Source: Bryobacterales bacterium
GTDB taxonomy: Bacteria; Acidobacteriota; Terriglobia; Bryobacterales; UBA6623
Direction of reading: 5' to 3'
Assembly (NCBI GenBank): GCA_965242705.1
Contig: OZ251486.1
Coordinates: 2,412,255 to 2,476,254 of the forward strand
Length of the DNA: 64,000 nt
How positions within the stretch are numbered: position 1 is the stretch's first letter; every line of letters begins with the position of its first letter. This document shows positions 60,101 to 64,000 of this stretch, in pieces. The notes beneath the pieces were generated by a model. That model worked only from the letters and a program-made list of their open reading frames with translations, searched no databases and was not told the DNA's origin. Both the position numbers and the translations under genes were made by a program.

Positions 60101-60268
60101 GGCGATTTCGGCGGACTTCAGATTCATGATCCGGTACAGGCCGAAATCGAGATCGCCGCGGTCGAGTTGGAACATCTCGCGCAGCAGCGCCTGCAGCCGC
60201 TCGAATTTTTCCCCCGATCCCGGCGCCGGGCGCGCTGAAGCCGAAGCGGATGGCGTCGAATCTCTCAT
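57143..60268 (-). CDS. mod: type III DNA methyltransferase subunit Mod
   Basis: 'DLDFGLYRI', 'YDGEEVKLHWANADQYY', 'YIDPPYN', 'YPK', 'VLDYFAGSGTTGHA'. Confidence 0.92.
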   Translation of the reverse strand: MRDSTPSASASARPAPGSGEKFERLQALLREMFQLDRGDLDFGLYRIMNLKSAEIAAFLENDLLPQVKDKLDLTTAEQIVNLKDRMLEVAMDASKLGFEPEDSPVIQKLRARLTAMEQDKNAEADVYNHLVNFFSRYYAEGDFISQRRYSSGGRAAYLIPYDGEEVKLHWANADQYYVKTTENYAAYAFAAGAGEAARRVRFEIAAADNEKDNVKEANGRQRRFVLARGKAAVAVEGNELVVRFEHRPLTDGEKRKWPGNNSKQQSRINEAAAESIRSAAGAEWLPLLGRPEPTEANGERTLLAKHLERYTAKNSFDYFIHKDLGGFLRRELDLYLNTEMLNLDDLDQGDVFRFDRALARVCAARYIGVKIIDFLAQLEDFQKRLWLKKKFVLETNWCVTLDRVPEALYPEIAANEAQCGEWVELFAVDTVAGDLTNGNATWSSPPSAAFLKANPYLVLDTRHFDGAFRDRLLAALSDAGPLDEQTDGLLLHGENFQALNLLQARYRGQVQCVYIDPPYNSKTSEILYKNSYKHSSWLSLMDNRLRLSSKLTTSDGSHVIAIDENEQEVLGKLLSILFPDHSRICIVVVHNKKGIQGAFFSYNHDYALFCIPPGLQTAHGMPVSEEERNFDNLRKWGRESERFTAKNCFYPIIVKNNEVVGFGDVCAEDFHPGASNIVQGDSVLVYPVDSQGVERKWRYARGSVGKIRHLLRVKVVNSSGEVQIEKGRSEKAVKTVWDSPRYIAGDYGTRWLTNLGLKVEQDLYPKSIHTVMDSIFTISEDTATVLDYFAGSGTTGHAVVNLNREDEGRRKYVLVEIGRHFDTVLLPRMKKVAYSSDWKDGRPVSRKGVSQLFQYVRLESYEDTMDSLEVAPRSDAQEALLDENPEMAEDYRLRYALGTETAGSACLLGKYFADPFVYTLSVVRDGMRRETPVDLPATFNYLLGLRVESRRSVEGLLAIEGADSQERKCLILWRNFEKTSNTALEAWFVRNRERFAAPLDVIYANGDHTLNAMRQPNDTWKAESIEPVLRELMFEEAVNDL

Positions 60269-60591
60269 GAACGGAGCCGCGGAAAGCGCCAACAAGCCGC
60301 CGTCCGGGCAACCGCCATTTTACCACCCCCGCCGAGCGCTGACGATCTTTTCGACGGCATATCGGAAAAAACGCGGACAGTCGTTTTCGGAAGCAACAGG
60401 CCCAGCGGCTCGTAAGCCCGCGGGCGGACACGGTTCCCGCCGCACAGGAAACGGGAATCGTACTCCCGGCAGGCACAGCCTTTTCCCAACGGCCGCCTTT
60501 TTGCCCGCGGATCACAACCGGCCTTGCAACTCCTGTGGTTGCGTTATGTCCCCGCCTCTGCTAGACTGACCACTGACGGGCGGGAAACTCC

Positions 60592-61269
60592 ATGCTGAAC
60601 GAGAAATTCGCGAAACGATTTCAAGAACTCCAGAAAAACTCAGAGTCGATCCCGTTCGATGCAGTGCCAGATGAACGCCACAAACACATAGTCAACCACT
60701 ATGCGCGCAATGGAATTTGGCAAGGATGGGCCACAAGCGCCCAAAACTTGATAAAAGCAGTATTCGGCGAAGATTCCCCGCATTATTCTAATTTCAAAGA
60801 AGCGGTTCATAGACATTTGCAGTCCCGTCAAGTCTTAGAAGATACAATTCAGATTTTCCAGGAAATATTCAAAAGCGCAAAAGAAGATTTTGAAAGCGGC
60901 TGTGTTTTCAATGTCGATCTGCGCGTTTCAGGGGAAGTTTTCGGGGACTTCATTGTTCTTGCCAAGCAGTCGCTCGCCGAAGGACACAAAGATGTAGCGG
61001 CCGTTCTGGCGGCCGCAGCACTCGAAGACTCGTTAAAGCGTTATGCGAGAGTAAACAAGCTGAATATCGACGACAAATCAATGAAAGAAGTCGCCAATGC
61101 TCTCAAATCGAAAGGCTTGGTCGGCGGGGCTCAAAAATCTTTGCTGGACGCCATGCCCAGGATACGAAATTGCGCAATGCATGCAGAGTGGGACAAAATA
61201 TCGGAACCGGACGTGAACAGCATCATCGGATTTGTCGAGGAGTTTCTATCGAAAAAATTCAGCAGCTAG
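60592..61269 (+). CDS. DUF4145/HEPN-like protein
   Basis: 'AAVLAAAALEDSLK' and an Rx4H motif 'RNCAMH'; AT-rich; divergent from mod. Confidence 0.7.
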   Translation: MLNEKFAKRFQELQKNSESIPFDAVPDERHKHIVNHYARNGIWQGWATSAQNLIKAVFGEDSPHYSNFKEAVHRHLQSRQVLEDTIQIFQEIFKSAKEDFESGCVFNVDLRVSGEVFGDFIVLAKQSLAEGHKDVAAVLAAAALEDSLKRYARVNKLNIDDKSMKEVANALKSKGLVGGAQKSLLDAMPRIRNCAMHAEWDKISEPDVNSIIGFVEEFLSKKFSS

Positions 61270-61921
61270 AGCCGCTCTTTCCCCGCGTGAGCAGCATGGC
61301 CAGGCCGGGCAGCGCGATGGAGCCGGCGAAGGCAAGCAGAAACGCCTCCGTTTCCATCGCAAGCGCGCCCACGGCGGCATAAACTACCGCGATCGCGGCG
61401 TTCGACAGGCCGACCAGCAGAGCGAAGCGCGCCGGCCTCATGCGCGCCGCGCCGGCGAAAACCACCGAAGCCTCGGCCAGCACGGGCGCAGCGCGGGAGA
61501 CGATCAGCGACCAATCGCCCCAGCGCCGATGCGCTTCGGCGGCGCGCTCCAGGCCGCGAACGCCGACAACGCGCCGCGCCGCCGCGCGGCCGGCGGTCGC
61601 GCCGATGCAGTAGCCGAGAGCGGCCCCGGCGTTCAGCCCGGCCCAGTTGACCAGCGCGCCGAGCGGCCAGCCCAACAGCAGCCCCGCGGCGGTCGCCGTC
61701 AGACTCGACGGAATCGGCAGCGCCACGTCGGAAGCCAGCAGCGCGGCCAGCGCGAGCGCCGCGCCCGCCCGCGAGGGCCGCGAGTCGAGAAAGCGCTCGA
61801 CCGCCTGCTCAAGCGCCTGTTCGTAAAGGAAGAACGGCGCAAGCAGAAACGCCGCCGCAACGACGGCCAACACGCTCCAGCGCAAAACCATAAACCGCGG
61901 CTCCAAGCGGACCCGCACCAT
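61259..61921 (-). CDS. VTT/SNARE-associated (DedA-like) membrane protein
   Basis: 'LLASDVALPIPSS', 'SRAAPVLAEAS'; start may be ATG 61891. Confidence 0.8.
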   Translation of the reverse strand: MVRVRLEPRFMVLRWSVLAVVAAAFLLAPFFLYEQALEQAVERFLDSRPSRAGAALALAALLASDVALPIPSSLTATAAGLLLGWPLGALVNWAGLNAGAALGYCIGATAGRAAARRVVGVRGLERAAEAHRRWGDWSLIVSRAAPVLAEASVVFAGAARMRPARFALLVGLSNAAIAVVYAAVGALAMETEAFLLAFAGSIALPGLAMLLTRGKSGSSC

Positions 61922-61959
61922 TTTCCGACTCGCGGCGCGGCAGCCGCAACTCAGGCGCT

Positions 61960-63468
61960 ATGCTGGGGGGCATGCTGCGTTACCGTGCGTTCCCCGTCTT
62001 GCTTCTGGCGTTGCTTTGTTGGGCCGGTTGCTCAAGCGGCGGCCCGCAGCCGGAACAGGCCGCCAAGCCCAACATCGTCATCCTGCTCGCCGACGATCTG
62101 GGCTGGGCCGACGTCAGCTTCAACGGCGGCGGCATCGCCACGCCCAACATCGACCGCATCGCCGCCGAAGGCGCGCAACTCAACCGCTATTACGTCGCGC
62201 CGGTCTGCTCGCCGACGCGCGCCGGGTTGATGACCGGACGCTATCCGATCCGTTTCGGCGCCATGCGCGCGGTTTATCCGCCGTGGCGCGCGGGCGGCAT
62301 GGACACGTCCGAAGTCACCTTGGCCGACGTGCTGGCCAAGGCCGGCTACGAGCACCGCGGCATATTCGGCAAATGGCACCTGGGCCACGGCGGGCTGGAA
62401 TACCATCCGCTGCGGCGCGGCTTCACCGAGTTCTACGGCCACTACAACGGCGCAATCGACTTCTTTACCCACGAGCGCGAAGGCGAGTTGGACTGGCATG
62501 ACGGGTACGAGTCGAGTTACGACCAGGGCTACACGACCGACCTGATCGCCGATGCCGCCGTGCGCTTCATCGAGAAGCGCGCGGCGGGCGGCGCGCCGTT
62601 CCTCTGCTATGTGCCCTTCAACGCCGTCCACAGCCCGTTTCAGGCCAAGGAAGAGCACCTGCCGCTGTACGCCGACCTTGCCGCAGCGCAAGGCAATTGG
62701 GCGGGCGCGCCGGCAGTCAACCCGACCGCGGGCGCCGAGCGGCGGCTGGCCGACCGGCGCATCCTGGGGGCGATGACGCACGCGCTCGATGAGAGCGTCG
62801 GGCGCATCCTCGAGGCGATCGACAAGGCAGGGATCGCCGATTCCACCTTCGTGCTGTTTTCCTCCGACAACGGCGGCGTGGGCGGCATCGGCGAAAACGC
62901 GCCTCTGCGCGGAGCCAAGGCTTCGGTCTTCGAGGGCGGCATCCGCGTAGCCGCCGCGGCGCGCTGGCCGGGCGTGATTCCCGCCGGCGGGAAAATTGAC
63001 GTTCCATTGGCCAACATCGACGTCCTGCCGACCGCGATGCGCATCGCGGGCATCGCGGAAAGCGGCGGCAAGCCGCTCGACGGCGCGGACGCGCTCGACG
63101 TGCTGACCGGCAAGCGGCAGAGCCTCGACCGCGGCCTTTTCAACTACATCGGCCAAGCCGGGCCGGACGCGGAGCAAATCTCACACATGACCGACGAATG
63201 GAAACTCGTCGTGCTGGGGCCGGTCGTCACTGACGATTCGGCGGACGACTCCAAGCGGCAGCGGATGCTGTTCCGCATCGACGAGGACATGGCCGAGGAA
63301 AACGACGTTGCCGCCGAGCACCCCGAAAAAGTCGCCGAAATGTACGCCAAGATCAAGGAATTCCGCGCGCTGCAGCCCGCGGACGCGGTGCCGCCCTACA
63401 ACGAGGGGCGCAACAGCCCCGACTTCAAGGCGCCGCCGGAATGGCGCATCCCGGGCGACTATCCGTAA
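61960..63468 (+). CDS. arylsulfatase (probable lipoprotein)
   Basis: 'PNIVILLADDLGW', FGly motif 'CSPTRAGLMTG', 'GKWHLG', 'SSDNG', 'FEGGIRV'; lipobox-like 'WAGC'. Confidence 0.94.
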   Translation: MLGGMLRYRAFPVLLLALLCWAGCSSGGPQPEQAAKPNIVILLADDLGWADVSFNGGGIATPNIDRIAAEGAQLNRYYVAPVCSPTRAGLMTGRYPIRFGAMRAVYPPWRAGGMDTSEVTLADVLAKAGYEHRGIFGKWHLGHGGLEYHPLRRGFTEFYGHYNGAIDFFTHEREGELDWHDGYESSYDQGYTTDLIADAAVRFIEKRAAGGAPFLCYVPFNAVHSPFQAKEEHLPLYADLAAAQGNWAGAPAVNPTAGAERRLADRRILGAMTHALDESVGRILEAIDKAGIADSTFVLFSSDNGGVGGIGENAPLRGAKASVFEGGIRVAAAARWPGVIPAGGKIDVPLANIDVLPTAMRIAGIAESGGKPLDGADALDVLTGKRQSLDRGLFNYIGQAGPDAEQISHMTDEWKLVVLGPVVTDDSADDSKRQRMLFRIDEDMAEENDVAAEHPEKVAEMYAKIKEFRALQPADAVPPYNEGRNSPDFKAPPEWRIPGDYP

Positions 63469-63480
63469 TAAGGCGCCCGC

Positions 63481-64000
63481 TCAGCCGAAGTGATACGTTC
63501 CTTCGCGCTGGTTCCAGAAGACCTTCTTTTCCTTGCGCAGCGCCATCGTGGCCAAGTGGCCGGTGATCGCCGCTTCGTGCCCCAACTCGACGGGGCAGTT
63601 CAGTTCCGCGCCGTGCGCGACGGCGTCGATGAAGTTCTTGATGTGGTCGTTGGTCGAGTTGGTTTCGTTGAAATCCTTGCGCGCGTCGAAGTGCATTTCC
63701 GGCCGCGCGGTGACCTTTTCGGGCAGGCCGCGGGCTTTTTCGGGATACACGTTGAGATAGCGCATGCCCATGATTTCCATGACGCCTTCGCTGCCGCAGA
63801 GTTGCTCGCCGTAGCCGTAATGCGACGTGCTGAAGGCGGCCGAATACGAAATGTGGAAATGGTCGTCGTACTCGTAGGCGGCGGTCACGGTGTCGGGAAC
63901 TTCGCGGTCGTCCTGAATCCAGTGGTGGATGCCGCCGTTGCAAACGACCGAGTCGCAATAGCGCCGGCCGGTAATCATGTGCAGCGCGTCGGTCTGGTGG
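63481..64000 (-). CDS. Gfo/Idh/MocA family oxidoreductase, C-terminal part (runs off the window end)
   Basis: 'HQTDALH', 'REVPDT', 'HIKNFIDAV...NCPVELGH', typical of the C-terminal domain. Confidence 0.75.
   Translation of the reverse strand, partial: HQTDALHMITGRRYCDSVVCNGGIHHWIQDDREVPDTVTAAYEYDDHFHISYSAAFSTSHYGYGEQLCGSEGVMEIMGMRYLNVYPEKARGLPEKVTARPEMHFDARKDFNETNSTNDHIKNFIDAVAHGAELNCPVELGHEAAITGHLATMALRKEKKVFWNQREGTYHFG

Overview
GC-rich bacterial chromosome window. The gene content (TIGR03437-like 'Solibacter C-terminal domain' surface proteins, DUF1549/DUF1553 plus DUF1501 pairs, a DUF6982-like gene, a PDZ-GAF-PAS kinase with a sigma54 regulator) points to an Acidobacteriota (Bryobacterales-like) organism, possibly host-associated; this is inference. 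Housekeeping and metabolic genes include a CaiB-family CoA transferase, nitronate monooxygenase, NhaC, amtB-PII-glnD, an Fo-only ATP synthase cluster, an S9 peptidase, YyaL, alkyl and aryl sulfatases, xerD and trxB. Accessory content: (1) two paralogous ~1100-aa secreted NHL-repeat proteins. Each has the same 5' module: sigma70 promoter, SD, short leader ORF with a poly-C tract (C22 or C9), a hairpin burying the main SD, then a GTG start. The three possible tract lengths mod 3 give early stop, GTGA-coupled stop or in-frame fusion, so this is a candidate phase-variable translational switch and the best novelty candidate. (2) A type III R-M operon with an AT-rich TIR-domain gene between mod and res and a flanking HEPN/DUF4145-like gene. 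(3) A tandem duplication of a DUF1549/1553 plus DUF1501 pair with patchy divergence. (4) A four-copy dispersed intergenic repeat, heptamer-plus-hairpin REP-like elements and IS remnants. No rRNA, tRNA or CRISPR array was recognised. All family names come from motif recognition, not database searches.
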